DNA of 30,683 nucleotides from Sandaracinaceae bacterium (GCA_044220955.1 JBGAQA010000085.1:1-30683), one strand, 5' to 3'. Positions 7,800-17,807 are shown, counted from the first letter of the stretch. Numbers and translations: made by a program. The notes: generated by a model not told the origin, from the letters alone.

Positions 7800-9779
7800 C
7801 TGCGCACCGTCCACGTACCGCCGGAGCTCGAGGGCGCGTTCCGCGCCGCCGAGGATCTCGTGTCGCGCTACTTCGCGCAGATGCGGCTCGACCCGGCGCT
7901 CGGGACGATCGAGATCTCCGGCGAGCGCTACGTGCTGGTCCGCGCGGCGTCGCTCTCGGTCGAGTTCTTCTCGCTCGTCGAGGAGCTCTTCGGGCCGGCC
8001 CGCGAGAACGAGGCAGACGAGTTCGCCCGGAACATCCTCTTCGATCTCGCCCACGCGATCGGCAAGTCCGATGCCCAGAAGTTCTCCGAGAAGATGGGCG
8101 TCGACGACCCGATCGCGCGCCTGAGCGCCGGGCCCGTCCACTTCTCGCACACGGGCTGGGCGTTCGTGGACATCGACCCCGCGTCCGCCCCCGCGCCCGA
8201 CGACTCGTACTTCCTGATCTACGACCACCCCTACTCCTTCGAGTCCGACGCGTGGATCCGCTCGGGCAAGGCCCGCCGGACGCCGGTGTGCATCATGAAC
8301 GCCGGCTACTCGTCGGGCTGGTGCGAGGCGAGCTTCGGGATCCAGCTCGTCGCGACCGAGGTCGAGTGCCGGGCGTGCGGCGATCCGCGCTGCCGGTTCA
8401 TCATGGCGCCGCCGTCCCGCATCGAGGAGCGGCTCGAGGCGCACCGGCGGGCGACACCGCCCCGCGGCATCGGCCGCGAGAGCGTCGCGATCCCGGACTT
8501 CTTCTCCCGCAAGCGCGTGGAGGAGGAGCGGCGGCGCGCCCACGCAGAGCTCGAGCAGCGCGTCGAGCTGCGGACCAACGAGCTGCGCGAGTCGAACGAC
8601 AAGCTGCGCGGCGAGATGGCCGAGCGAGCGCGCATCGAGCAGCAGCTCCGGCAGGCGCACAAGCTCGAGGCGATCGGGCGGCTCGCCGGCGGCGTCGCGC
8701 ACGACTTCAACACGCTGCTCGGCGTCATCCTCGGCAACGCGGGGATGCTCTCGCGCAGGCTCGGACGCGACGAGGAGGCGCGCTCGCTGCTCGACGCGAT
8801 CACGGAGGCGAGCGCTCAGGCGGCCGCGCTCACGCGGCAGCTCCTGGCCTTCTCGCGCGCGGGACCGCGCGGCGGAGACGTGCACGACGTGAACCGGCTC
8901 ATCGAGGAGCTCACGCGCCTGCTCGGCCGCGTCATCGGCGAGGACGTCGAGCTCGTCACCGAGCTGGCCCGCGACGTGGGCGGCGTGCAGCTCGATCGCG
9001 TCTACCTGGAGCAGGTCGTGATGAACCTCGTGGTCAACGCGCGCGACGCGATGCCCGAGGGCGGCCGCCTCGTGATCCGCACGCGACGCCTGGAGGTCGA
9101 CGCCGCACTGGCGGCGGAGCTCGGCGGGCTCGCGCCGGGCAGCTTCGTGGTGATCGAGGTGAGCGACGCGGGCGTCGGGATGAGCGAGGAGACGGTCGCG
9201 CGGATCTTCGAGCCCTACTTCACGACGAAGGAGCCCAGCTCCGGTACCGGGCTCGGCCTCTCGACCGTCTACGGCATCGTCAAGAGCGCCGGTGGCGGCG
9301 TGCTCGTGCGGACGCGCTTGGGCGAGGGATCGACCTTCACCGTCCACCTGCCCGCGGCCCGCGAGGAGGGCCGCTCCCGTTCCTCCGAGGAGGGTGGGCA
9401 GGGAGCGGTGCAGGCCACCGAGACCCTGCTCGTCGTCGAGGACCAGCCCGGGCTGCGCGCGATCGTCGCCCGCGCGCTCCGCGCCGAGGGGTACCAGGTG
9501 CTCGAGGCCGCGACCCCTGCCGAAGCGATCGAGCTCGCGTCCCAGAGCGAGCGCCGCATCGACCTGCTCCTCACGGACGTCGTGATGCCCGTGATGAGCG
9601 GCCCGCGCCTGGCGCTGCGCCTGCTCGCGACGCGCCCGGATCTGGGAGTCCTCTACATGTCCGGCTACCCGCAGGGCACGGGGCAGGGCGGCGACCTCGG
9701 CTCGGCCGCGGTGCTGCAGAAGCCTTTCTCCGTGGAAGATCTGCTCGCGGCGGTGCGTCGCGCGATCGACGAGGCGTGA
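7800..9779 (+). CDS. Hybrid sensor histidine kinase/response regulator with N-terminal XylR-N/V4R domain
   Basis: V4R (PVCIMNAGYSSGW...EVECRACGDPRCRF), coiled coil, HisKA (LAGGVAHDFNTLL), HATPase (NLVVNARDAM, DAGVGM, FEPYFTTK, GTGLGL) and REC (VVED, LLTDVVMP, QKPF). First canonical start is GTG 7860; the start is tentatively extended to CTG 7800 (see findings). Confidence 0.9.
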   Translation: MRTVHVPPELEGAFRAAEDLVSRYFAQMRLDPALGTIEISGERYVLVRAASLSVEFFSLVEELFGPARENEADEFARNILFDLAHAIGKSDAQKFSEKMGVDDPIARLSAGPVHFSHTGWAFVDIDPASAPAPDDSYFLIYDHPYSFESDAWIRSGKARRTPVCIMNAGYSSGWCEASFGIQLVATEVECRACGDPRCRFIMAPPSRIEERLEAHRRATPPRGIGRESVAIPDFFSRKRVEEERRRAHAELEQRVELRTNELRESNDKLRGEMAERARIEQQLRQAHKLEAIGRLAGGVAHDFNTLLGVILGNAGMLSRRLGRDEEARSLLDAITEASAQAAALTRQLLAFSRAGPRGGDVHDVNRLIEELTRLLGRVIGEDVELVTELARDVGGVQLDRVYLEQVVMNLVVNARDAMPEGGRLVIRTRRLEVDAALAAELGGLAPGSFVVIEVSDAGVGMSEETVARIFEPYFTTKEPSSGTGLGLSTVYGIVKSAGGGVLVRTRLGEGSTFTVHLPAAREEGRSRSSEEGGQGAVQATETLLVVEDQPGLRAIVARALRAEGYQVLEAATPAEAIELASQSERRIDLLLTDVVMPVMSGPRLALRLLATRPDLGVLYMSGYPQGTGQGGDLGSAAVLQKPFSVEDLLAAVRRAIDEA

Positions 9780-9796
9780 GGGCCTCCGGCGCGTGC

Positions 9797-10066
9797 CTAC
9801 GCTCGGAGGCCGAAGCGGCGCTCGAGGTAGTCGACGATCTCACGCGACTCGCCCAGCCACTGGTCCGGTCCGTCCCCGCGCCGGATGCGCAGCGCGGGGA
9901 CCGTCTTGACGCCGCGCGCGTCGAGCAGGGCGCGCATGTGCTCGGGGTCACCGTAGATGTTGCGCAGCTCGACCTCGACGCCGAGTCGAGAGAGCGCCCG
10001 CCGCACGCGGAAGCAGTACGGACAGGTGTCGTAGTGGTAGAGGGCGAGATCGGTGGCGCGGATCAC
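9797..10066 (-). CDS. Glutaredoxin / GST N-terminal-like thioredoxin-fold protein
   Basis: LYHYDTCPYC dithiol, TVPAL cis-Pro motif and ESREIVDYL. Start at GTG 10066. Confidence 0.88.
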   Translation of the reverse strand: MIRATDLALYHYDTCPYCFRVRRALSRLGVEVELRNIYGDPEHMRALLDARGVKTVPALRIRRGDGPDQWLGESREIVDYLERRFGLRA

Positions 10067-10130
10067 GAGGACCGAGGGATTCTGCCGCAGCCATCCGCCG
10101 CCCGCACACACCCCGACGAGGACCCCGATC

Positions 10131-11489
10131 ATGCGCCGTGAGCAAACCGTCGATCTGGCCGTGATCGGCGGCGGCTCCGCCGGCGTCCGGTGCGCGCGCG
10201 TCGCGGCCTCCCTCGGCGCGCGCGTGACGCTCTTCGAGCCCGCGGCGCTCGGCGGGACCTGCGTCAACCTGGGGTGCATCCCCAAGAAGCTCCTCGCGTA
10301 CGGCGCGGAGGTCGCGCACCAGCTGGCCGACGCGCGCGCGATGGGCTGGTCGGTCGGCGCGGCGACGCTCGACTGGCCGACGCTGCTCGCGCGCAAGGAC
10401 GCCGAGATCACTCGGCTGAACGGCGTGTACGAGCGCCTGCTGCTCGGGGCGGGGGTGCAGATCGTCCGTGCGCATGCGTCGATCGAGGGCGCCGCGGGCG
10501 CGCTCGCGGTGCGCGCCGACGGGCGGGCCTTTCCCGCGACGCGGGTGGTGATCGCGACCGGCGGCGTCCCGAAGCGTCCACCGATCCCGGGCGCCGCGCT
10601 GGCCGACGTGTCGGACGACTTCTTTCACTGGCCCGTCCTGCCGCGCTCGGTCGCGATCGTCGGTGCGGGCTACGTGGCGGTCGAGATCGCGAGCGTCCTC
10701 TCGGCGCTCGGAGTCGAGGTGCAGGTGCTCGCGCGCCATGGCGTCCTCTCGGCGTTCGACCCCGACGTCGGGACCGCGCTCGCTCGGGGCCTCGCTGCGC
10801 ACGGCGTGCGCGTCCGCGAGGGGTGCGGTGACGTGGCGGCGATCGAGCGAACCGCCGGAGGGCTCGCGGTCGTCGATGGCCGCGGCGAGCGCGCGCTGGC
10901 CGAGCGCGTGCTGCTCGCCGTCGGGCGCACACCGCGGATCGACGGGATCGGCCTCGAGGCGCTCGGCGTCGCGACCGAGGGCGGCGCCGTCGTCGTCGGC
11001 GCGCGCTTCGAGGCGAGCGTCGCGGGCGTGCACGCGATCGGCGACGTGATCGCACGCCGCGAGCTGACGCCGGTTGCGCTCGCGGAGGGCACGCTGCTCG
11101 CGCGCAGCCTCTTCGGGGGCGGGAGCGGCGCCCTCGACTACGAGCGCGTGCCGGCGGCGGTGTTCTCGATGCCGCCCGTCGCGACCGTCGGACTCACCGA
11201 GCCCGCGGCACGGGCGCGGGGCGAGGTGCGCGTCTTCGAGGCCGCCTTCCGCCCCCTGAAGCACCGGCTCACGGGAGCGGACGAGACGACGATGATGAAG
11301 ATCGTGGTCGACGCGTCGAGCGATCGCGTGCTCGGGATCCACGTCGTCGGAGAGGACGCGCCGGAGATCATCCAGGGCTTCGCGGTCGCGGTCGCGATGG
11401 GGGCCACGAAAGCGCAGCTCGACGCCACCCTCGGCGTGCACCCGACGGCCGCCGAGGAGCTCGTCACGATGCGCACGCCCGTGCGTTGA
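10131..11489 (+). CDS. gor: Glutathione-disulfide reductase
   Basis: VIGGGSAG FAD motif, GGTCVNLGCIPKK redox disulfide, GAGYVAVE, ELTPVALAEG and C-terminal GVHPTAAEELVTMR. GAGG RBS before ATG 10131. Confidence 0.9.
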   Translation: MRREQTVDLAVIGGGSAGVRCARVAASLGARVTLFEPAALGGTCVNLGCIPKKLLAYGAEVAHQLADARAMGWSVGAATLDWPTLLARKDAEITRLNGVYERLLLGAGVQIVRAHASIEGAAGALAVRADGRAFPATRVVIATGGVPKRPPIPGAALADVSDDFFHWPVLPRSVAIVGAGYVAVEIASVLSALGVEVQVLARHGVLSAFDPDVGTALARGLAAHGVRVREGCGDVAAIERTAGGLAVVDGRGERALAERVLLAVGRTPRIDGIGLEALGVATEGGAVVVGARFEASVAGVHAIGDVIARRELTPVALAEGTLLARSLFGGGSGALDYERVPAAVFSMPPVATVGLTEPAARARGEVRVFEAAFRPLKHRLTGADETTMMKIVVDASSDRVLGIHVVGEDAPEIIQGFAVAVAMGATKAQLDATLGVHPTAAEELVTMRTPVR

Positions 11490-11565
11490 TCCCCGGCTCG
11501 GACCGCCCTGGGGTGGGGCAACGATCGATTGCGCGGAGCCCAGGCCATCGGCGATCGTCCTGCGC

Positions 11566-13080
11566 ATGTCGATCGCACGCGCCTACGACTCGCACGACGC
11601 CCTCGGTCTCGCGGAGCTGGTCCGGAACAAGGAGGTCTCGCCCGCGGAGCTGCTCGACGAGGCGATCGCGCGCTCGGAGCGCCTGCATCCGCAGCTCAAC
11701 GCGGTCGTGATCCGCATGCACGAGCTCGCGCGCTCGCAGATCGAGCGGGGCCTGCCGGACGGTCCGCTCCGGGGCGTGCCCTTCCTCCTGAAGGATCTCG
11801 CATCGGCGTACGCGGGCGTGCCGCTGCGCGGCGCGAGCAAGTTCTACGAGCACAGCACGCCCGAGGAGCACGGCGAGCTCGTCGAGCGCTACCTGCGGGC
11901 GGGGCTGGTGATCTTCGGAAAGACCAGCTCGAGCGAGTGGGGGATCCTGCCGACCACCGAGCCGACTCTCTACGGGCCCTGCCACAACCCGTGGCGGCGC
12001 GGCTACACCGTCGGCGGCAGCTCGGGAGGCGCGGCCGCCGTCGTCGCGGCGCGCGTCGTCCCTGCGGCGCACGGCGGCGACGCGGGCGGCTCGATCCGGA
12101 TCCCGGCGAGCGCGTGCGGTGTCTTCGGGCTCAAGCCCACGCGCGGACGCAACCCGATGGGCCCCGACGGAAGCGAGCGCGCGCACGGCCTCGGCGCCGA
12201 GCACGTGCTCACGGTGAGCGTGCGTGACAGCGCGGCGTTGCTCGACGCGAGCGCGGGGCCCGAGGATGTGGCGCCTTACTGGGCACCTCCGAAGGCGGGC
12301 TCGTACCTCGACGAGACGAAGCGCGAGCCGGGCAAGCTGCGCGTCGCGTACACGACGAGACCGATCCTGCCGGCGGAGCTCGACCCCGAGGTGGTGCGCG
12401 CCACCGAGGACGCGGCGAAGCTGCTCGCCTCGCTCGGCCACGACGTGGTGGAGGCGCACCCGCCGGTGGACGCGAGCGACACCGCGCGCGCGTTCTTCGT
12501 CCTCTACTGCTCGGCCGTGGGCGGCGAATTCGAGATGGCCAAGCGAATCGTCGGCCGCGAGCCGCGCGCGGACGAGGTCGAGCCGACGACGCGGATCATG
12601 GCCATGATCGGCACGAAGATCCTCTCGGCGGGCGAGCTCAGCGCCGCGATCCGGATCCTGCAGGCGACCGCGCGAGCGGTGCATCGCTTCCACCGCAGCT
12701 ACGACGTGCTCCTCGCGCCCACGCTCGGCCGCCCTCCCGTGGCGCACGGCGCGCTCGGTCCGAAGGGCTTCGAGCGCACGCTGCAGGATCGCGTGTCGCG
12801 CCATGGTCTCTCGGCGCTGCTCCGGTTCCCGGGGATCCTCGATCGCGCGGTCGCGCGCGCGTACGGCTTCGCGCCGTCGACGCCGATCGCGAACGTGACG
12901 GGCCAGCCCTCGATGAGCGTCCCGCTCTGGTGGTCGAGCGAGGGCCTGCCGATCGGCGTGTGCATGACGGCGCGGTTCGGCGAGGAGGCGACGCTGTTCC
13001 GGCTCGCGGCGCAGCTCGAGCAGGCGCGACCGTGGAAGGACAGGGTGCCGCCGGTGAGCGCGATGCGTTCGAGCCCGTGA
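11566..13080 (+). CDS. Amidase signature family enzyme
   Basis: GVPFLLKD (catalytic Lys), [23 protein letters not shown] and GLKPTRGR. Confidence 0.93.
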   Translation: MSIARAYDSHDALGLAELVRNKEVSPAELLDEAIARSERLHPQLNAVVIRMHELARSQIERGLPDGPLRGVPFLLKDLASAYAGVPLRGASKFYEHSTPEEHGELVERYLRAGLVIFGKTSSSEWGILPTTEPTLYGPCHNPWRRGYTVGGSSGGAAAVVAARVVPAAHGGDAGGSIRIPASACGVFGLKPTRGRNPMGPDGSERAHGLGAEHVLTVSVRDSAALLDASAGPEDVAPYWAPPKAGSYLDETKREPGKLRVAYTTRPILPAELDPEVVRATEDAAKLLASLGHDVVEAHPPVDASDTARAFFVLYCSAVGGEFEMAKRIVGREPRADEVEPTTRIMAMIGTKILSAGELSAAIRILQATARAVHRFHRSYDVLLAPTLGRPPVAHGALGPKGFERTLQDRVSRHGLSALLRFPGILDRAVARAYGFAPSTPIANVTGQPSMSVPLWWSSEGLPIGVCMTARFGEEATLFRLAAQLEQARPWKDRVPPVSAMRSSP

Positions 13081-13087
13081 CGCCCGG

Positions 13088-13129
13088 CTCCCTCGCCCCA
13101 CGCAGTGGGGAGAGGGTTGGGGTGAGGGG
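13088..13129. repeat. REP-like extragenic palindromic element
   Basis: CTCCCTCGCCCCAC-GCA-GTGGGGAGAGGG-TTGGGGTGAGGGG: an imperfect hairpin plus a GGGTGAGGGG tail between convergent genes, followed by (GAGAGC)x4 at about 13139-13162. Confidence 0.65.
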
Positions 13130-13178
13130 CCGAGAGGCGAGAGCGAGAGCGAGAGCGAGAGCTCGTCCTCGCTCCCAC

Positions 13179-13673
13179 TCAGCGTGGCGGCTGCGCGCCG
13201 CCGAGCATGGCCATCGCCGCCGAGAGGATGTCGGCATGGTTGCCCGGCACCTGCCCGGCCGGCGTCATGTGGTTGATCAGCTGCGGGAGCACCGAGGCGA
13301 GCGCGTCGCTCGCCGGACCGTGTGGCACGCCGAGCGCGCTCGCGACGGCGCCGATGGTCGAGGGGCCGAGCGCGCTCGAGATCTGCGCGCCCGACACCGG
13401 CTGGTTCGCGCCCACGCCGACCCACGACGCGGCCTGCGCGCCCAGCCCACCCTGGCCGAGCGCGCCGACGAGGCCGCCGAGGCCACCGTGCTGCTGCATC
13501 ACCGAGAGCGCGATCGCCAGCATGGGATCGGGCGGGCTCGCGCCCTGCTGCGCGGGCTGTCCCGCCGTCGGTCCGCCGAGCAGCCCCCCTGCGAGCGAGC
13601 CGATCGCGCCCGCGGCCCCACCCCCAGCACCTCCCGCGAGCAGCGCTCCCAGCGCACCATCGAGCAGGCCCAT
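13179..13673 (-). CDS. YidB (DUF937) family protein
   Basis: MGLLD start with GAGGAG RBS. Motifs GGLGGLV...GLGAQAASWVGVGANQPVS and LASVLPQLINHMTPAG. Confidence 0.88.
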   Translation of the reverse strand: MGLLDGALGALLAGGAGGGAAGAIGSLAGGLLGGPTAGQPAQQGASPPDPMLAIALSVMQQHGGLGGLVGALGQGGLGAQAASWVGVGANQPVSGAQISSALGPSTIGAVASALGVPHGPASDALASVLPQLINHMTPAGQVPGNHADILSAAMAMLGGAQPPR

Positions 13674-13735
13674 GTTCTCTCCTCGTCGCTCCCCGAGAGC
13701 GGACGGCGTCAGGTTCGCCGCAATCGCGGCGCATG

Positions 13736-14656
13736 TCACGCCAGGAACGGCAGCGCCGTCTCGAGGAACGCGTCGGGTGCATCGACGTGGGCGAAGTGCG
13801 AGCCGCGCTCGAGCCACACCAGCCGCGCGTCGGGCACGCACGCGGCGAGCCGCGCACCGACCGAGGGCGGCACCATCGGATCGTGGCGCGCGTACACGAG
13901 CAGGAGCGGCACCGGGAAGGGGCGTGCGGCGCGCAGGGCGCGCTCGAAGCGCCGCATCGTCGACGCGCGCAGCGTCTCGCGCAGGTAGCGCGTGAACGCC
14001 TTGCGTCCTTCCACCGTGCGCAGCGGCGCCGCGTACTCGCGCGCCTCCTCCCGCGACTTCAGCGACTCGTCGTAGTAGTGCACGTTGCGGAACGCCCAGC
14101 GCTCGGGATCGCGCCGGACGAGCGCGTCCACGATCCGCGGCGCGCCCGGGATCCACCCGAGCGCGGCCTCGAGCGCGTCCATGCGCGGCGTCGCCATCCC
14201 CGGCGAGTGCAGGTTCACGAGCCGGCTCATCACGTCCGGCCGCCGCAGCGCGAGCCACATGCAGAGGTAGCCGCCCATCGAGTTCCCGATCACCCGCGCG
14301 CCCTTCACGCCGAGCTCGTCCATCGTCTCGCCGATCAGATCGGCCATCGACTCCGCGTCGTACGGTACGTCGGGCGCCTCGCTGCGCCCTGCGCCCGGCA
14401 GATCGAACACGATCACCTCGTACGTCTTCGCGAGCGGCTCGAGCACGTAGCGGAACGAGTAGCTCGACGTCATGAGCCCGTGCACGAGCACGAGCGGCGG
14501 CCCGCTGCCCATCCGGCGCACGCTCAGGGTGACGTCTCCGAAGTGCGCCGAGCGAACGCGCACCCGCTCGTCGCGGAGCGAGAAGAACGGGTGCGCGATC
14601 CGGGGCTCCGCGGGCAGATCCTCGAAGCGCATCTGCTGGAAGGGCGCGAGCGTCAT
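13736..14656 (-). CDS. Alpha/beta fold hydrolase
   Basis: GSGPPLVLVHG, FDLPGAGRS, nucleophile elbow GNSMGG, Asp (HDPMVP) and His (GSHFAH). Start is ATG 14656 or GTG 14662. Confidence 0.9.
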   Translation of the reverse strand: MTLAPFQQMRFEDLPAEPRIAHPFFSLRDERVRVRSAHFGDVTLSVRRMGSGPPLVLVHGLMTSSYSFRYVLEPLAKTYEVIVFDLPGAGRSEAPDVPYDAESMADLIGETMDELGVKGARVIGNSMGGYLCMWLALRRPDVMSRLVNLHSPGMATPRMDALEAALGWIPGAPRIVDALVRRDPERWAFRNVHYYDESLKSREEAREYAAPLRTVEGRKAFTRYLRETLRASTMRRFERALRAARPFPVPLLLVYARHDPMVPPSVGARLAACVPDARLVWLERGSHFAHVDAPDAFLETALPFLA

Positions 14657-14666
14657 CGCCACCCCG

Positions 14667-16067
14667 TCAGCCGCTCTTCTCGGCCTCCGCGCGCAGGCGC
14701 TTCTCTTCTTTCATCTTCGGCAGCAGGCGGTCGAGGAACTTCGTCGAGAGGTTGCCGTTCTCGAAGTCGGGCTCGTCCATGATCCGGCGGTGCAGCGGGA
14801 TGTTCGTGCGGATGCCCTCGAGGATCATCTCGTCGAGCGCGCGTCGCATGCGCGTGATCGACTCCTTGCGGCTCCGCCCGTAGGTGACGAGCTTCACGAG
14901 CAACGAGTCGTAGTCGCCGGGGACCCGCCAGCCGCTGAAGACGCCGCCGTCGACGCGCACGCCCGCACCGCCCGGCGGCACGTACTCCGTGATGAGCCCC
15001 GGCCACGGCGCGAAGCTCTCCGGATCCTCGGCGTTGATGCGGCACTCGAGCGCGTGCCCGCGCGGCTTCACGGGCTCGCGTGGGAATTCGACCGGCCAGC
15101 CTGCCGCCACGCGGATCTGCTCGGCGACCAGATCGATCCCCGTCACCATCTCGGTCACGGGGTGCTCGACCTGGATGCGCGTGTTCATCTCCATGAAGTA
15201 GAGGTTCTGCCGCTCGTCGAGCAGGAACTCGAGCGTGCCCGCGCTGCGGTAGCCGGTCTCCTTCATCGCGCGCGTGATCGTCTGCGTCATGTCCGCGCGC
15301 ATCGCGTCGGTCATCGCGACGCTCGGTGCTTCCTCGATCACCTTCTGGTGGCGGCGCTGGATCGAGCACTCGCGCTCGCCGAGCACCATGACCATCTCGG
15401 TCTTCGGGTCGCAGAGCACCTGGAACTCGATGTGGCGCGGCTCCTCGACGTAGCGCTCGAGATAGACGTCGCCGTTCTTGAAGCCGGCCAGCGCCTCCTG
15501 CTGCGCCTGCGGCAGGAGCCGGCGGATCTCGTCCTCCGAGCGGACGATCTTCATGCCGCGCCCCCCGCCGCCGGCCGACGCCTTGAGGATCACGGGGTAG
15601 CCGATCTTGGCGGCCTCGCGCGCCGCCTCGTCGGCGTCGGCGAGCACGCCTGTGCCGGGCAGGAGGGGGATGCCCAGCGAGCGCGCGAGGCTGCGCGCCG
15701 GGACCTTGCCGCCCCACTTCTTCATGTCGTCGGGCGCGGGGCCGATGAAGGTCAGGCCACACTGCTCGCAGATCTCCGCGAACTCGGCGTTCTCGGAGAG
15801 GAAGCCGTAGCCGGGGTGCACGGAGTCGGCGCCGGTGATCTCGGCCGCCGCCATGATCGCCGGGATGTTCAGGTAGCTCTGGGCGCTCTTGGCCGGTCCG
15901 ATGCACACGGCCTCGTCCGCGAAGCGCACGTGCAGCGCCTCGGTGTCGACCGTGCTGTGTACCGCCACCGTCTGGAGCCCGAGCTCGCGGCAGGCGCGGA
16001 TCACGCGCAGCGCGATCTCGCCGCGGTTCGCGACGAGGATCTTCTGGACCTGCTTCTTCTGCTTCAC
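14667..16067 (-). CDS. accC: Acetyl-CoA carboxylase, biotin carboxylase subunit
   Basis: KILVANRGEIALRV, HPGYGFLSEN, GGGGRGM, RECSIQRRHQK, EMNTRIQVEHPVTE and YDSLLVK. Confidence 0.97.
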   Translation of the reverse strand: MKQKKQVQKILVANRGEIALRVIRACRELGLQTVAVHSTVDTEALHVRFADEAVCIGPAKSAQSYLNIPAIMAAAEITGADSVHPGYGFLSENAEFAEICEQCGLTFIGPAPDDMKKWGGKVPARSLARSLGIPLLPGTGVLADADEAAREAAKIGYPVILKASAGGGGRGMKIVRSEDEIRRLLPQAQQEALAGFKNGDVYLERYVEEPRHIEFQVLCDPKTEMVMVLGERECSIQRRHQKVIEEAPSVAMTDAMRADMTQTITRAMKETGYRSAGTLEFLLDERQNLYFMEMNTRIQVEHPVTEMVTGIDLVAEQIRVAAGWPVEFPREPVKPRGHALECRINAEDPESFAPWPGLITEYVPPGGAGVRVDGGVFSGWRVPGDYDSLLVKLVTYGRSRKESITRMRRALDEMILEGIRTNIPLHRRIMDEPDFENGNLSTKFLDRLLPKMKEEKRLRAEAEKSG

Positions 16068-16074
16068 GCGGAGA

Positions 16075-16563
<489 letters not shown>

Positions 16564-16601
16564 GATTCTCTTTCCTGCGGCGTTGCGTCGGGCCGCGCAG
16601 C

Positions 16602-17039
16602 CTATGCGCGGCGGAGATACCCGAGAAGCGCGCGCAAGCCAAGCGTGTACGAGTCGGCCCCGAAACCGGACACCGAGCCCACACAGACGGGGGCGATCAG
16701 AGACGCGTGGCGGAACGGCTCGCGCGCGAGGGGGTTCGAGAGGTGGACCTCCACGGTCGGCAGCCCGACGCCCTTGATCGCATCCCGGAGGGCGACGGAG
16801 GTGTGGGTGTAGGCGGCCGCGTTCAGCAGGATGCCGCTCGCCCAGCGCGTCGCGTCGTGGACGTGATCGACCAGCGCGCCCTCGTGGTTGGACTGCTGGC
16901 AGCGGATCTCCGCGGAGAGCTCCTTGGCGGTCGTCGCGAGGCGCGCGTCGATCTCCGCGAGGGTGGCCTTGCCGTACACCTCGGGCTCGCGCGTGCCGAG
17001 CAGGTTGAGGTTCGGGCCGTGGAGCACCAGGACGCGCAT
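16602..17039 (-). CDS. aroQ: Type II 3-dehydroquinate dehydratase
   Basis: [38 protein letters not shown] and EVHLSN. Confidence 0.97.
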   Translation of the reverse strand: MRVLVLHGPNLNLLGTREPEVYGKATLAEIDARLATTAKELSAEIRCQQSNHEGALVDHVHDATRWASGILLNAAAYTHTSVALRDAIKGVGLPTVEVHLSNPLAREPFRHASLIAPVCVGSVSGFGADSYTLGLRALLGYLRRA

Positions 17040-17078
17040 GAAGCGAGCGTAGTACCAGAACCGGCGCGGTGCGTCAGG

Positions 17079-17780
17079 TCAGGCGCAGACGCAGACGGGC
17101 GCCCCGTGATCGACGGTGACGCAGCCGCCGGTCGGGCACGGGTTCACCCCGCCGAAACAGGCGCAGTCGGTGCTCGAGGCGCATGCGGGCGGCACGTCGA
17201 CGCAGTGCGAAGGGAGGGGCGCGCCGCCGTCGGGCCGTGGGACGCCGCTGCACTCCGCGACGCAGACCTGCGTCGGCGCGCAGCTCGCCCCGCCGCAGGG
17301 GGTGCTCGCCCGCGCGCTGCTCGTGCAGACGCCCGAGGCGCAGCGGACCACGACGCCGCTCGTGCCCGTGCCGGGCGGCGGGCTGCTCCCGTCGTCGGTG
17401 ATCACGGTGCCCGAGTCGCAGCCGCACGCAGGGTATTGCGCGAGGCACTGCGCCTCGGCGCTCGCGAAGCGCGCCTGCTCGCCCCGGGTGATCCCCATCG
17501 CGGCCAGAGTGCCGCAGCAGTCGGTCTGGTGCCCCACGACGACGCAGTCGGTGTCGAGCGCGCAGCTGCGGTCGAACGTCGGGAAGGAGGTCGCGTCGTG
17601 TCCGCTGCAGGCGACGCCCGCGTCGAGGTCCGGGGCGAGGCCGGTGTCGCTCGCCCCGGCGTCCGCCGCGCCGGTGTCCGTTCGCGCGGTGCCCGCGTCG
17701 GCCGGCGCCGTGGCCTGGCCGCAGCCAGCCAGCGCGGCGAGGGCCAGGGCGATCGAGAGAGGGCGCAGGACGTCGTGCAT
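17079..17780 (-). CDS. Cysteine-rich lipoprotein, unknown function
   Basis: Signal peptide with lipobox LAGC, DAG-rich linker typical of myxobacterial lipoproteins, and many paired Cys residues. Start at ATG 17780. Confidence 0.75.
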   Translation of the reverse strand: MHDVLRPLSIALALAALAGCGQATAPADAGTARTDTGAADAGASDTGLAPDLDAGVACSGHDATSFPTFDRSCALDTDCVVVGHQTDCCGTLAAMGITRGEQARFASAEAQCLAQYPACGCDSGTVITDDGSSPPPGTGTSGVVVRCASGVCTSSARASTPCGGASCAPTQVCVAECSGVPRPDGGAPLPSHCVDVPPACASSTDCACFGGVNPCPTGGCVTVDHGAPVCVCA

Positions 17781-17791
17781 GTCCGCCGCGC

Positions 17792-17807
17792 AGCAAGTCG
17801 CGTTCCC
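17792..17807 (-). promoter_or_regulatory. Putative sigma-54 (-24/-12) promoter for the Cys-rich lipoprotein
   Basis: Minus strand reads GGGAACGCGACTTGCT, i.e. GG-N10-GC with TTGCT. The predicted +1 (about 17781) abuts the ATG at 17780. Confidence 0.5.

Noticed and set aside
7028..10141. 1037-aa plus-strand ORF and other long Arg/Ala/Pro-rich ORFs (e.g. 17116..19812, 11464..13857, 24378..26483, 27229..29361, 27390..29741)
   Set aside because: These are shadow frames overlapping well-supported genes. Stop codons are scarce in GC-rich DNA and the translations have no motifs.
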